Source of the DNA: Nibricoccus sp.
GTDB taxonomy: Bacteria; Verrucomicrobiota; Verrucomicrobiia; Opitutales; Opitutaceae
Length of the DNA: 64,000 nucleotides
Direction: 5' to 3'
NCBI GenBank assembly: GCA_047602425.1
Contig: JASGHG010000001.1
Location: forward strand, 4,096,001-4,160,000
The translations under genes were made by a program, and so were the position numbers. Shown in pieces: positions 39,601 through 49,459 of the stretch (position 1 is the first letter of the stretch; every line of letters starts with the position of its first letter). Below the pieces are notes generated by a model, which was not told where the DNA came from, made no database searches, and saw only the letters and a program-made list of their open reading frames with translations.

Positions 39601-39801
39601 ACCGCCGATATCGGTGCGTGCGTAGATGACATTCGCGGAAGCCTGGCTGAACACGACGGCGGGAACATAACCGCCGCCACCGATCTGAACGTTCTGCCAG
39701 GTAGCGGCATGCGCGACGAAAGCGGTGAGGAAAAAGCAGAGCAGGGCGAGCAAGCGCGCGCAGGACGCGCGAAGCGAGGGAACGGCTTTGGGCAGTTGCA
39801 T
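36667..39801 (-). CDS. GH74 xyloglucanase with Ig-like module, 50-Ser linker and C-terminal putative CBM
   Basis: WQNVQIGGGGYV, YARTDIGGAYRW, GGNMPGRGMGERL, GIEET, LADIGGF, YVGTNGRGI; BNR repeats; start ATG 39801. Confidence 0.93.
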   Translation of the reverse strand: MQLPKAVPSLRASCARLLALLCFFLTAFVAHAATWQNVQIGGGGYVPAVVFSQASANVIYARTDIGGAYRWNQATSTWIPLMDWVGWDDWHLLGCASIAASPLNANKVVVAAGMYTNTWDPSNGVMLRSSDQGATWSQTQMPFKIGGNMPGRGMGERLQYDPNNDNILYYAASDGNGLWKSTDGAVTWSKITSFPNAGNYVQSASDINDYLNHTPGVLWVTFDKRTGTAGGATQTIYVGVADLQNGLYMSTNGGTSWTRVAGQPTGFMPHHGVLDTVNGFLYLTYNNQAGPYDGSLGDVWKYATATGVWTRISPVPSTDTSNAYFGYGGLTIDKQVPTTVMVSALNSWWPDTRIWRSTNGGTTWSQIWDYTSYPNWSRRGILDVTVTPWLTIPGNYSAPEPALKYGWMVDDIQIDPFNSNRMFYGTGATLYGSTNLTNWDPATTATFTVKPMVLGIEETAVLDLISPPTGSPLLSALADIGGFNHTSLTTVQPSTYKLLWGTNRSIDFSELAPSNLVRTGDGGNTTLGDPGRSIALSNDGGANWYEPSTQPSGITSGGQAAVSCVNNQNIVWSPGGVGVYYTTTGGSSWTASSGIPASASVRSDRATAGKFYGFLNGTFYVSTNNGAAFTATAATGLPTYGQFKAVFGLAGDIWLAGQVATSPTTGGLWHSTNSGASFTKLSNVDLAYAIGFGKAATGQTYPAIYLTGKIGGVWGIYQSDNAGASWTRINDNAHQYGNLSFCITGDRNTYGRCYVGTNGRGIVYSTATTTADFTLSANPTSATVNRSSTTTSTITVNKLNGFASSVTLSASGLPSGVTASFGTNPTTGTSTVTFTASSTATLGTADVTVTGVSGSLTRMTTIALTVNTSGGSSSSSSSSSSSSSSSSSSSSSSSSSSSSSSSSSSSSSSSSSSSSSSSSSSGGTGGGGVTASVTNNLSGWYNDQSLVLANTSPLTALTVTITIQPTQSVVYNGMYNTIGSQITNAHNGLVYTFTLVSGQTLGAGTNKQFHAATNGNGTTHISTGDTWSISYTTGGVSYTNSGHF
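37039..37188 (-). repeat. Poly-serine linker (50 codons, mixed Ser codons)
   Basis: 150 nt of uninterrupted TCN/AGY codons. Confidence 0.9.
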
Positions 39802-40588
39802 GATTTTGGGGGTATTTAAGGGTTCGACAGACGAACCGCGGGCCCTGACCTCGCGCCGGAAACAAGGGTAGAATCCGTGGAATGAGGCTCGAACAAAGCC
39901 CAGATTTAGCATTAAATCAAGGGCAAAGGGCGGAACTGGGGGCAGTCGCGCCGCCAGCGCGACGAGCGAGGAGACCGTTGAGGAATCCGTTCACTGGGCG
40001 CGAAAAATTTGTCCTCGGATTCCGCCTGTAATTCGAACTCAGCGAAGAATCTGTTGAGGCAGCGCGAAAGCTTCGCGCGACACGCTCCGTTGAAATTTTT
40101 GGGCAAGGCATTGTAGCGGGAACCGCGCACGTTCGATGGTGTCGGCAGGCGGACACATCACCTTCGCGACAGAGCTCGCGTTTTAAACGCGCGTTTTTTT
40201 GTGCCCGCGGGCGCCCGCTCGAATCGACGAGCGTGCGTGGAGCACGGACGATTTCGCGCGGCCTTTTCCAATTTGTGAGCTTGCTAATTCGTGCTCGCGA
40301 TTTCCATCGTGTGCAGAAATTTTTCGCGCCCAAATTTGGCGCTTGGCGGCTTTTTTAGCTGGGGGATTGCCCCGATTCGACGTTCGCGAACGCCCCATTC
40401 GAAAAACTTAAGAGCGTGTGAAGCGCGTCTACTCCCTTCGTCAAAAATATCTGTAGCAAAAATCCGAATACAAATTTTTAGCCGGGATTTTTTCAGCTCT
40501 TTGACACGTTCGGTAATTTTTCGCGAAACGTTCTGCGCGCGGAGAAAATGAGCTACTGCACAGTGGATTGCGTGTCGCTGAGGCCCGC

Positions 40589-43327
40589 ATGCAAACGCTC
40601 AAAAAAATTGTTGGCCCGTTAGTTTTAGTTTTTGCGACTCTTCTCGCACGAGTCCCTGCGCAGGCGGCCACGCAGACAGTCGAAGTTGGAAAGTCGGTGA
40701 CGATCTCCGTGTCGGCCGATGGTGCTGCTCCGTTCAGTTATCAGTGGAAAAAAGACGGCGTGAATATCACAGGCGCGACCAACGCCAGCTACACGATTGC
40801 CTCGGCGTCGACGTCGAGCGCGGGCGTTTACACGGCGACGGTTTCGAACTCCTATGGCTCGACCGTTTCCGATAATGCGGTGATTGCGATTGGCAGCGCC
40901 GCAGTCACGGCGCCGACGATCACGACGCAGCCGGTTGCATTGACGGTTGTGCAGGGCAGTGCAGCGACCTTCAGCGTGGCAGCGAGCGGCACTTCGCTCA
41001 GCTACCAGTGGAAGAAGAGTGGCGTCGCAATTTCTGGCGCGACGAACAGCAGCTATACTATTTCAAACACCACGCTCGCGGATGCCGGCAGTTACTCCGT
41101 GACGGTATCGAACACGGCGGGCACGGCGACCTCGCTGGCGGTTGCGCTGACGGTGAACGCGGTTGCCGTTGCGCCGACGATCACGACGCAGCCGACATCT
41201 CTGACGGTCGCGCCCGGCGCTTCCGCGAATTTCTCCGTCGTGGCGAGCGGTTCGTCGCTTTCTTATCAGTGGTCCAAGAACGGCGTAGCGATTTCCGGAG
41301 CCACCAACAGCAGTTGCACGATCGGGTCGGCCACAACCAGCGATGCGGCAAGTTATTCGGTGCGCGTGAGCAACTCTGCAGGCGCCGTCACTTCCTCGAC
41401 CGCCACGCTCACCGTGAGCGCGAGCGTCACTGCGCCGTCGATTACGACGCAACCGGCTCCGCTCACCGTCACGCAGGGCAGCGCGGCCACGTTCTCCGTC
41501 GCGGCAAGCGGCTCCTCACTCAATTATCAATGGTATAAGGGCAGCGTGCCAGTTGCCAACGGCACGGGCTCCAGCGTAACGCTTCCAGCCGTCACTTCAG
41601 CCGACGCGGGCAGCTATTACGTGATTGTGAGCAATTCCGCCGGTACCGCTGTTTCGCTCGTCGTTGGTCTCACGGTGAACGCCGCGGTGGTCACCGCCCC
41701 GACGATTGCAACGCAGCCGGCTTCGCTGACTGTGACGCAGGGCGCGGCCGCCACCTTCACCGTCGCGGCGAACGGCACGTCGTTGAACTATCAATGGTAT
41801 AAAAACGGCGTCGCGATTTCCGGCGCTACAACCATCTCCTACACCCTAGCTTCAACGGTGCTCTCCAGCGCGGGCAGTTACACGGTGGTCGTTTCGAATA
41901 CGGCCGGTTCCGTGACCTCGTCGGCGGCGACGCTCACCGTGAATGCGCCGGTGACCGCCCCGGCAATTACCGCGCAGCCCACGCCGCTGACGGTAGCGCA
42001 AGGCGGCTCTGCCTTGTTCTCCGTCACAGCAACCGGCTCCTCACTGAGCTATCAGTGGTATAAAGGCGGCACAGCGTTGAGCGGCGGCACCAGCAGCAGC
42101 TTCACGATTGGTGCCACGAGTCTGTCTGACGCGGGCAATTACTACGTGATGGTGAGCAATTCCGCCGGCACGGTCACGTCGTCTGTCGTCGGCCTGACGG
42201 TGAACGCCGCCGTGACGACCGCCCCGGCAATTACGAAACAGCCCACCGCGGTGACCGCAACCGCAGGCAGCGCAGCCACGTTCACCGTGACCGCCAGCGG
42301 CACTCCGCTCAACTATCAATGGTACAAAGGCGGCGCGGCACTCGCCGGCGCCACCAGCGCCACCTACACGATCGGAGCTACCGCTTCGTCTGACGCGGGC
42401 AACTATTACGTGATCGTGAGCAATTCCGCCGGCACCGCGGTGTCGCTGGTTGTTCCTCTCACCGTAAGCGCTGCTTCAGCCGCTTCGCCAGACTTTGCCG
42501 AACTCACGCCTACCTCCTACACCGCGCGTGGACAAAACAGCGCCGCGGAAGCAGTCAGCATGCTCTTCGACGGCAAGACCACGACAAAGTGGGTCGACAA
42601 CAGCGCATTCACCTGGGTGCAACTCACCTTCGCGTCACCGACCACACTCGAGGCTTACAGCCTCACGTCGGCCGCAGACACGCCGGGACGCGATCCGGTT
42701 TCATGGACACTTTCGGGTTCCAACGACGGTGTAACGTGGAACGTCATCGACACCCGCTCGGCCGAAACCTGGGCCACACGTCAGCTCACGCGCGACTTCG
42801 TCCTCGCGACAACCTCGGCGGCGTACACCCAGTTCCGATTCAACTTCAACGCGCTCTCGGCGACGGTCACGCAACTGGCTGAAATCGAAATGCACGGTTC
42901 CACCGTCGTCTCGGCCAAGCTCACGCCGTCCACCTATTCGGCGCGCGGTCAGGCGGGCGGCAATTATGCGGTCGCAAAACTCTTCGATGGCAGTGCCTCG
43001 ACGCGGTGGGCCGACTACAGTGCTGCGAGCTGGATCAAGGTTGGCACCTCTGCGCCAACCATCCTGCGCCGCTACACGCTGACTTCGAGCTCGGATAGCG
43101 CTAACTCCGACCCGATTGCCTGGACGCTGTATGGTTCGAACGATGGCACCAATTGGACCGTCATCGAGACGCGCACCGGCCAGTCTTGGAGCAGCCGGAA
43201 ATTGAAACGCGACTTCACGCTCACGACGGCATCGAACAAATACGTTTGGTTCCGCTTCGATTTCCAAGTCGCCTCCGGTTGGACCACCACGCAGCTGGCT
43301 GAAATGGAATTGTTCGGACAACAGTAA
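40589..43327 (+). CDS. Secreted protein with seven Ig-like (I-set) repeats and two discoidin/F5-8-like domains
   Basis: Signal peptide; repeats APxITTQP..F.V.A.G..L.YQW.K.G..DAG.Y.V.VSN.AG; two LFDG..TKW..Y.LTS..DP..WTL.GSNDG..W..QLAE domains; start ATG 40589. Confidence 0.88.
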   Translation: MQTLKKIVGPLVLVFATLLARVPAQAATQTVEVGKSVTISVSADGAAPFSYQWKKDGVNITGATNASYTIASASTSSAGVYTATVSNSYGSTVSDNAVIAIGSAAVTAPTITTQPVALTVVQGSAATFSVAASGTSLSYQWKKSGVAISGATNSSYTISNTTLADAGSYSVTVSNTAGTATSLAVALTVNAVAVAPTITTQPTSLTVAPGASANFSVVASGSSLSYQWSKNGVAISGATNSSCTIGSATTSDAASYSVRVSNSAGAVTSSTATLTVSASVTAPSITTQPAPLTVTQGSAATFSVAASGSSLNYQWYKGSVPVANGTGSSVTLPAVTSADAGSYYVIVSNSAGTAVSLVVGLTVNAAVVTAPTIATQPASLTVTQGAAATFTVAANGTSLNYQWYKNGVAISGATTISYTLASTVLSSAGSYTVVVSNTAGSVTSSAATLTVNAPVTAPAITAQPTPLTVAQGGSALFSVTATGSSLSYQWYKGGTALSGGTSSSFTIGATSLSDAGNYYVMVSNSAGTVTSSVVGLTVNAAVTTAPAITKQPTAVTATAGSAATFTVTASGTPLNYQWYKGGAALAGATSATYTIGATASSDAGNYYVIVSNSAGTAVSLVVPLTVSAASAASPDFAELTPTSYTARGQNSAAEAVSMLFDGKTTTKWVDNSAFTWVQLTFASPTTLEAYSLTSAADTPGRDPVSWTLSGSNDGVTWNVIDTRSAETWATRQLTRDFVLATTSAAYTQFRFNFNALSATVTQLAEIEMHGSTVVSAKLTPSTYSARGQAGGNYAVAKLFDGSASTRWADYSAASWIKVGTSAPTILRRYTLTSSSDSANSDPIAWTLYGSNDGTNWTVIETRTGQSWSSRKLKRDFTLTTASNKYVWFRFDFQVASGWTTTQLAEMELFGQQ

Positions 43328-43342
43328 GACCGAAATTCAGGT

Positions 43343-43376
43343 CGGCGCAGAAACTAAAAACACGTTTTCTGCGCCG
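43343..43376 (+). terminator. Hairpin, possible terminator
   Basis: CGGCGCAGAAA...TTTCTGCGCCG stem 15 nt after the stop; weak U tract. Confidence 0.5.
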
Positions 43377-43411
43377 GCTGTTCCTTTGTTAAGGCAAGTT
43401 TGGCTCTGTCA

Positions 43412-43444
43412 GGTAGTTTGTCGTTTAATAGATGACAAACTGCC
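43412..43444. repeat. TTGTCAT-CTATTA-ATGACAA palindrome family, copy 1
   Basis: GGTAGTTTGTCGTTTAATAGATGACAAACTGCC (reverse orientation). Confidence 0.7.
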
Positions 43445-43487
43445 GGCAGGGCTTTTTAGCAAACCAAGACCGAAGACGCCGAAAAGG

Positions 43488-43552
43488 GGAGGGCCGACTT
43501 CAACAACGGTCGGACGTCGCGAGTTAGTGGTCGGCGTGGGAATCGACCCTGC
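43488..43552. repeat. Degenerate TGGAG-family palindromic element, copy 3
   Basis: GGAGGGCCGACTTCAAC...CGGCGTGGGAATCGACCCTGC, similar arms and length to copies 1-2. Confidence 0.6.
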
Positions 43553-43621
43553 GGCGGAAGATTTCCAATGAAGAAGCGGCCTGCTGGTGCCCGGCCGCTT
43601 TTGATTCTGGCAGGAGGTTCG

Positions 43622-44686
43622 TTATTTTTTTGCCAGCTGCCGCATGAGGGTCTGCGCGATGGACTTGAAAATAACGGCGACTTCGCTGTTGGGATCCTTG
43701 ACCACAATGGGTTCGCCGGAGTCGCCACAGGCGCGGATGTCCTCGACGAGGGGAACTTTGCCGAGCAGAACCGTGCCGAGGTCTGCGGCGGTTTTGTCGC
43801 CACCGCCTTCGCCGAACACCGTGTGGCGGTTGCCAATTGGATCGACGAAGTAGCTCATGTTTTCGGCGACGCCGAGAAGCGGGACGTTCACTTTTTGGAA
43901 CATCAGTCCGCCTTTGCGCGCGATCTGCGCGGCGGCGAGCTGCGGCGTGGTGACGAGCACCGCACCGTCGAGCGGGATCGTCTGCACGAGCGAAAGCTGT
44001 GCGTCGCCGGTGCCGGGAGGCAGATCGATCAGAAGGATATCGAGTTCGCCCCAGCGCACATTCTGCACGAACTGTTGCACGGTCTTCATGATCATCGGAC
44101 CGCGCCAGACGACGGGCGTGTTTTCGTCGACGAGGAAACCCATGCTCATGACTTTCACGCCGTGTTTTTCGAGAGGAAGAAGATTGTCGCCATCGACCAT
44201 CGGACGGCTGTTGATGCCGATCATCAGCGGCACGGAAGGACCGTAGATATCGCAGTCCATAAGACCGACACGGCCGGATCGGCCTTGCGCTTCGAGAAGC
44301 TGGGCGAGGGCACAGGCGAGATTGACGGCGAAAGTGGATTTGCCGACGCCGCCTTTGCCGGACGCGATGGCGACGGAGCGCGCGATGCCCGCAGGTGCGG
44401 TGCCGCCACCGAGATTTTGCTGGCCGGGAGCGGGCGGCGTTTTGGCGGCGGAGACGGCGATGTCGACGATACTTGATTTCACGCCGGGCTGGGCGAGCAG
44501 GCATTTTTCAACCTCGGTTTTGAGGTGCAGCGGAATTTTCGGATCGGAAGTGGTGATCGCGAGCGCGACCTTCGCGACACCGTCGGCGAACGCGGCGGAG
44601 CGGACCAAACCGAACGACACGATGTCGCGGCTGAAACCGGGATACTTAACTTGCTTGAGGGCTTCTTTGATCTGGTCGGAGGTCAC
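43622..44686 (-). CDS. mrp: Mrp/ApbC (NBP35) Fe-S cluster carrier ATPase
   Basis: ASGKGGVGKST, DCDIYGPS, WRGPM, DLPPGTGD, VTTPQ, ENMS; GTG start. Confidence 0.93.
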   Translation of the reverse strand: MTSDQIKEALKQVKYPGFSRDIVSFGLVRSAAFADGVAKVALAITTSDPKIPLHLKTEVEKCLLAQPGVKSSIVDIAVSAAKTPPAPGQQNLGGGTAPAGIARSVAIASGKGGVGKSTFAVNLACALAQLLEAQGRSGRVGLMDCDIYGPSVPLMIGINSRPMVDGDNLLPLEKHGVKVMSMGFLVDENTPVVWRGPMIMKTVQQFVQNVRWGELDILLIDLPPGTGDAQLSLVQTIPLDGAVLVTTPQLAAAQIARKGGLMFQKVNVPLLGVAENMSYFVDPIGNRHTVFGEGGGDKTAADLGTVLLGKVPLVEDIRACGDSGEPIVVKDPNSEVAVIFKSIAQTLMRQLAKK

Positions 44687-44789
44687 GGTGGAGATTTTTG
44701 AATTGGAAATGTTTTAACGTTGTTAAGAGGGCGTGTCGTGTAAATAGAAATGGCCTGAACTTCTTCACACATACGCAGCAAATTTCTCC

Positions 44790-45971
44790 ATGCAAAAACT
44801 CCTACGCTTTTTTTCCGCCTTGGTTCTGGGTGTAGCAGCCCAATTCGCAGTCGCAGCCGATGATTCTGAATATATTGGAAAAGTCATTGTGCCAGGGGCA
44901 GGCGGCACTCCGATTCGTGTTTCCGGCAACACCGCTGAACTCGACGCGCTGGCCCGCACGGCTTTCGGCGCACACGGCGAGTACCGTCTGGTGGCTTCGG
45001 GCGGTCAATATGAGATTCGTTTTTCCGCCGTCAGCGGAAATTCGGTAAACGTGCAGGTGATTAAGGGTAGTTCGGTAGCGCTCAATCAAAACGTCACCGG
45101 CACCAGCTTGCGCAATGCCTTCTTCCGCGCGGGCGACGTGGCGGTCAAAGCGACGAGCGGCCTGAAGGGCTTTTTTGCCTCTAAGCTTGCGTTCGTCAGC
45201 AATCGCACCGGCAAGGACGAAATTTACGTTGGCGATCTTTTCATGGGCGAAGTCAGACAGCTGACTCGCGACAATGCGCACGCGATGACTCCGCGTTGGT
45301 CGCCGGATGGCACAAAGCTGATCTACACGAGTTATTTTCGGAATTTTCCCGATATCTATTTGATCAACTTGCAAAACAACGACCGCACGAAATTCGCCAG
45401 CTTCCAGGGCACCAACAGCGGCGCGCGCTTCAGCCCGAACGGCCAGCGTGTGGCAATGGTGTTGAGCGGCGAAGGAATACCGGAAATTTATTCGAGCCCG
45501 GCGAGCGGCAGACCGGTGACACGTCTCACGCGTTCGGACGCGGTCAAATCGTCACCGTGTTTTTCTCCTGATAGCAGCCGCATCGTTTACGCATCCGAAC
45601 CTGGTCCGAAGTTGTATATCATGTCGGCCGGTGGCGGCGGTGGGCAGATGATAGGCGGAGGACTGGCCACCACGTATTGCGCGGAGCCGGATTGGAGCGT
45701 GGGTGATCCCAACAAGATCGCTTACACGTTTCGCGAACAAGGAGGCCATTTCCAAATCGCCGTGCACGATCTCAGCACGGGCAAAAGCGAAAAAGTTTCC
45801 AAGGCGGCGTATGACGGTGTCGAACCCTGCTGGCTCGCGGATGGTCGCCATCTGATTTACACGGCGCGTGCAGCCGGCAGCCGGGCCTTGTTCCTGCTCG
45901 ATACCAAGAGCGGCCGGACGGTTCGCATCGGCAATATAACGGCGGAAAAGGCCAGCGTGCTGAACCCGTAA
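44790..45971 (+). CDS. tolB: TolB-like periplasmic beta-propeller protein
   Basis: Signal peptide; PD40 repeats PRWSPDG, ARFSPNG, PCFSPD. Confidence 0.8.
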   Translation: MQKLLRFFSALVLGVAAQFAVAADDSEYIGKVIVPGAGGTPIRVSGNTAELDALARTAFGAHGEYRLVASGGQYEIRFSAVSGNSVNVQVIKGSSVALNQNVTGTSLRNAFFRAGDVAVKATSGLKGFFASKLAFVSNRTGKDEIYVGDLFMGEVRQLTRDNAHAMTPRWSPDGTKLIYTSYFRNFPDIYLINLQNNDRTKFASFQGTNSGARFSPNGQRVAMVLSGEGIPEIYSSPASGRPVTRLTRSDAVKSSPCFSPDSSRIVYASEPGPKLYIMSAGGGGGQMIGGGLATTYCAEPDWSVGDPNKIAYTFREQGGHFQIAVHDLSTGKSEKVSKAAYDGVEPCWLADGRHLIYTARAAGSRALFLLDTKSGRTVRIGNITAEKASVLNP

Positions 45972-46004
45972 CCACCGGGAAATTATTTTAGGCGAGCGCC
46001 CGAC

Positions 46005-46042
46005 AAAAAGGCCGCACCGGATTCCGGTGCGGCCTTTCTCTT
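46005..46042. terminator. Bidirectional Rho-independent terminator
   Basis: AAAAAGGCCGCACCGG-ATT-CCGGTGCGGCCTTT between convergent genes. Confidence 0.88.
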
Positions 46043-46076
46043 ATGGTGAATAGCTGAAAAACGAAGCGCCCTGCGC

Positions 46077-46709
46077 TCAGGCGATGGCGGCGAGGTAATT
46101 CTTCTCGGCGGCGTCCCAATCGACGACGTTCCAGAAGGCGGCGATATAGTCGGGGCGACGGTTTTGATAATTCAAATAATAGGCGTGCTCCCAGACATCG
46201 AGGCCGATGACGGGCTTGCCTTCGATCCCGGAGACCGCCTTGCCCATGAGGGGGCTATCTTGGTTGGCGGTGGAACCGATCGCGAGTTTCTTGTCGGCTC
46301 CAACCACGAGCCAGGCCCAACCGGAGCCGAAGCGGGTGGCGCCGGCCTTGGCGAATTCTTCCTTAAACTTGTCGAAACCGCCAAAAGTGCTGTTGATGGC
46401 CTCGGCAAGCTTGCCCTTGGGGGCGCCGCCCTTGCCCGGGCCGAGAATGGTCCAGAAGAAGGAGTGGTTGCTGTGGCCGCCGGCATTATTGCGCACGCCG
46501 CCGCGGATGGCCTCGGGCACCTTCGAGAGATCGGCGATCAGGGCATTGACGTCGAGCGCGGCGAGGGCGGGGTGGTCCTTGAGAAAATTATTCGCGTTGG
46601 TGATATACGCTTGGTGGTGTTTGCCGTGATGGATTTCCATCGTCTTCGCGTCGATGTGCGGCTCGAGGGCGTTGGGAGCGTAAGGCAGTTTTGGAAGTTC
46701 GTAAGCCAT
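46077..46709 (-). CDS. sodA: Mn/Fe superoxide dismutase
   Basis: [36 protein letters not shown] and QD signatures favour Mn type; start ATG 46709. Confidence 0.93.
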   Translation of the reverse strand: MAYELPKLPYAPNALEPHIDAKTMEIHHGKHHQAYITNANNFLKDHPALAALDVNALIADLSKVPEAIRGGVRNNAGGHSNHSFFWTILGPGKGGAPKGKLAEAINSTFGGFDKFKEEFAKAGATRFGSGWAWLVVGADKKLAIGSTANQDSPLMGKAVSGIEGKPVIGLDVWEHAYYLNYQNRRPDYIAAFWNVVDWDAAEKNYLAAIA

Positions 46710-46846
46710 GGTTGTTTTCTTTAGTTCGTTTTCTATCTGAGTGAGTAAGATCAACCAGTAGACGGGACCGCGGCGGCGTCAACTCGTCGGGCAAGAATCT
46801 TCATGGGCACGAGTTGCGCTAATTTTGGCGGTGGCGTCAGTATAAG

Positions 46847-47377
46847 TCAGGTTTCTTGGGACCGCTTCAATTTAAAAAACGCCTGGAGCAATTCGAGGCA
46901 CTCGGGTTCAAGCACACCGCCCGCCGTGAGTTCGAGGTGATGATTGACGCGCGGGAGATCGTTGAGATTGGTCGCGCCGCCGAGGCACCCCATCTTCGGA
47001 TCGGGCACGGCGTAGCACACGCGTTTTAGGCGCGACATCAGCGTGGCGCCCGAACACATCGGACAGGGCTCCTTCGTGACATAGAGGGTGGCGCCGTCGA
47101 GCCTCCAGTCGCCGATGCTGGCGGCGGCCTGAGTGAGGGCGAGCATCTCGGCGTGGGCAGTGGGATCGTGGGCGCCCTCGACGGTGTTGTGGGCGGAGGC
47201 AATCACTTCGCCGGCGAGTTCGATTACGCAACCGATGGGCACCTCGTCTTCGCGCCAGGCGTCGATGGCCTGATTGTACGCCAAGCTCATGAAAAACGTA
47301 TCGTCGCGGAGAAGTTGCGAGGGGAATCGTTTTTCAAAAGGGCAATCGAGCGGCAATTTTGATTCAGGAGAGCTCAT
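46847..47377 (-). CDS. tadA: tRNA adenosine deaminase
   Basis: EVPIG, DPTAHAE, EPCPMC motifs. Confidence 0.9.
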   Translation of the reverse strand: MSSPESKLPLDCPFEKRFPSQLLRDDTFFMSLAYNQAIDAWREDEVPIGCVIELAGEVIASAHNTVEGAHDPTAHAEMLALTQAAASIGDWRLDGATLYVTKEPCPMCSGATLMSRLKRVCYAVPDPKMGCLGGATNLNDLPRVNHHLELTAGGVLEPECLELLQAFFKLKRSQET

Positions 47378-47529
47378 GAAGATCGGCGAAATGGGCGAAG
47401 ACAGGCCGGTTCAACGGAAACCGCCCAGAGGAAAGCCTTGACTTAGGTGGGGAGCTCAAGTGTTACAAGGTGCTTTTATTGCGGACTTTTATTGCATGAA
47501 CCAAACCTCAGTTGTCACCCAAGCTTTGT

Positions 47530-47793
47530 ATGTCTGACGGCAAAGCGATCGAAGTAGAAGGAAAGATCGTGGCGGTACTTCCCGGCACGATGTTCAAAGT
47601 ACAACTCTCGAACGGCCACGTCGTTCTTGCCCATATCTCGGGCAAGCTGCGCAAGAACTTCATCAAGATCGCCGCAGGCGACAACGTGAAGATGGAGATG
47701 AGCCCCTACGATTTGGAAAAGGCGCGCATCACCTACCGCATGAAGGACGAGCGTCCGGCCAATTTCACGCGTCCGCCCTTGCGGCGTCGCTAA
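47530..47793 (+). CDS. infA: Translation initiation factor IF-1
   Basis: IEVEG..LP..F.V.L.NGH..LAHISGK.R..I.I..GD.V..SPYDL..ARITYR; start ATG 47530. Confidence 0.95.
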   Translation: MSDGKAIEVEGKIVAVLPGTMFKVQLSNGHVVLAHISGKLRKNFIKIAAGDNVKMEMSPYDLEKARITYRMKDERPANFTRPPLRRR

Positions 47794-47820
47794 GTTGTCC
47801 GCGGGAGCGGCATTTTGGCC

Positions 47821-48774
47821 ATGGCCCGCCTCCGTCAAAAACACGCTGCGGATCTTGAGCGCAGCAAGGCGCCAGGAGGCTTCGTCGAGGACATCGACGG
47901 TTACATCGCGTTTCTGAAACTCGAACGCGGATTGTCGCGCCACACTCAGACAGGTTATCAAACCGATCTCGATCAATGCGCCAATTTTCTTGCGCGCAAA
48001 GGTGTGACAGATTGGCGAAACGTCACGCCGGCCGAAGTGGAAAGTTGGATTCTTTCATTGAGCGGCAAGGACTACTCGGCGACCAGCCTTGCGCGCAAAC
48101 TCACGGCGTTGCGCGGACTGGCGCGTCACTTGGTCCGCGAGAATTTGCGCAAGGACGATTTCACGCAGTTGCTCGCCGGCCCCAAGCTTCAGCGGCGCAT
48201 TCCTGGGACATTGACGGAACTCGAAGTGGAACGATTGCTGACAGCCCCCGCGGGCGGCGACGCGATGGCATTGCGCGACCGGGCGATTTTGGAGCTGTTT
48301 TATTCGAGCGGATTGCGCGTGTCGGAACTAAGCGGCCTCACGTTGCAACAGGTCGATTTGAAGGAAGGTTTTCTGCGCGTTTTTGGCAAAGGCTCAAAGG
48401 AACGCGTCGTGCCGATTGGCGGCCGGGCGGCGACGGCGTTGGAAACTTACCTTGTCGCCGGCCGCAGTCATTTTGTCAAACCGAAGACAGGCAGCGCGGT
48501 TTTCCTCAGCGAACGCGGCACGGCGATTTCGCGTAAGATGCTTTGGGTGCTCGTGAAAAAATACGCGCTGCGCGCTGGAATCACGAAGACGGTTAAACCG
48601 CATCTTTTGCGACATTCCTTTGCCACGCATCTACTGGGCGGCGGCGCGGATTTGAGGGCGATCCAAGAAATGCTCGGCCACGCGAATCTCGCGACGACAC
48701 AGATCTACACCGCCGTCGAAGAAAAACGCTTGGTCGACCACCACGCGAAATTTCACCCACGCAACAAAGGTTGA
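47821..48774 (+). CDS. xerD: Tyrosine recombinase XerD
   Basis: ERGLS..T..Y, RDRAILELFYSSGLRVSEL, GKGSKERVVP, PHLLRHSFATHLL.GGADLRAIQEMLGH, TTQIYT, HPR. Confidence 0.88.
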   Translation: MARLRQKHAADLERSKAPGGFVEDIDGYIAFLKLERGLSRHTQTGYQTDLDQCANFLARKGVTDWRNVTPAEVESWILSLSGKDYSATSLARKLTALRGLARHLVRENLRKDDFTQLLAGPKLQRRIPGTLTELEVERLLTAPAGGDAMALRDRAILELFYSSGLRVSELSGLTLQQVDLKEGFLRVFGKGSKERVVPIGGRAATALETYLVAGRSHFVKPKTGSAVFLSERGTAISRKMLWVLVKKYALRAGITKTVKPHLLRHSFATHLLGGGADLRAIQEMLGHANLATTQIYTAVEEKRLVDHHAKFHPRNKG

Positions 48775-48969
48775 AGCTTCGTCGGGGAGCACGTTTCATC
48801 AGGGAAAATGCACCTGTGGCCTGAATCTCCAGGTGCGATGCTTCTCTGAACCATCATTAAGAATTACTCCTACTGACTGACATCACATGACGTAGATCTT
48901 TCGAATCGAAGATTCTACGAACCTATGTTCAAAGATGATAGGGCAGTGCGTATACACCGGAGAAAAGAA

Positions 48970-49006
48970 GAATCCGTTTGTCATCTATTAAATGACAAAC
49001 GGATTC
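48970..49006. repeat. TTGTCAT-CTATTA-ATGACAA palindrome family, copy 2
   Basis: GAATCCGTTTGTCAT-CTATTAA-ATGACAAACGGATTC, perfect 15-bp arms. Confidence 0.8.
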
Positions 49007-49459
49007 GTGCTTCTAAAAGAAAGGCGCCGAGAAATTCCTGGAGTATGACATCAAACGGGGTCCGCGACCTCCGCTAAAATCAAAGTCAAAAGTGCAGTCT
49101 GGTGCTGTTGGCCCGAATGCGAGGACGGTGCGGATGTTGATGCGATCTGATAGAGGCAGAGTGACGAACGAGACGCACAATCCATAATGTCGATATCGCC
49201 CGTTTTTGGCCTACGGGTCAAAGACCGAACCAATGGCGAGAAGTTAATCGAGGTGAAGATGCGAGGGGAATACCGTTTCATTTTGCAGATCGGTAGGTGG
49301 AGCGAGAGTGGTTTTGCTTCCTATTGCGGTCCCTATGACGATTAGTTTCCGGCATTTGTGGGAACGGGCGGTGAGCGATGGTTATTCGCATCAGGCTCTG
49401 AGGAGATTGTGAGTAACTTGGACTAGCGTATGTGGATCGAGCGGGTACCAACACTCGGC

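Noticed and set aside
40900..42470. Roughly 260-bp periodic repeats as a CRISPR or DNA repeat array
   Set aside because: They are degenerate in-frame Ig-domain repeats within one CDS.
47821..48774. Tyrosine recombinase as the integron integrase for the cassette array
   Set aside because: It has XerD hallmarks, lacks the extra IntI-specific insertion before the HxxR box, and sits among housekeeping genes 11 kb away.
48780..49430. Possible small genes or RNA between xerD and the response regulator
   Set aside because: The short ORFs lack motifs and typical codon bias; only a palindrome and a small hairpin are supportable.
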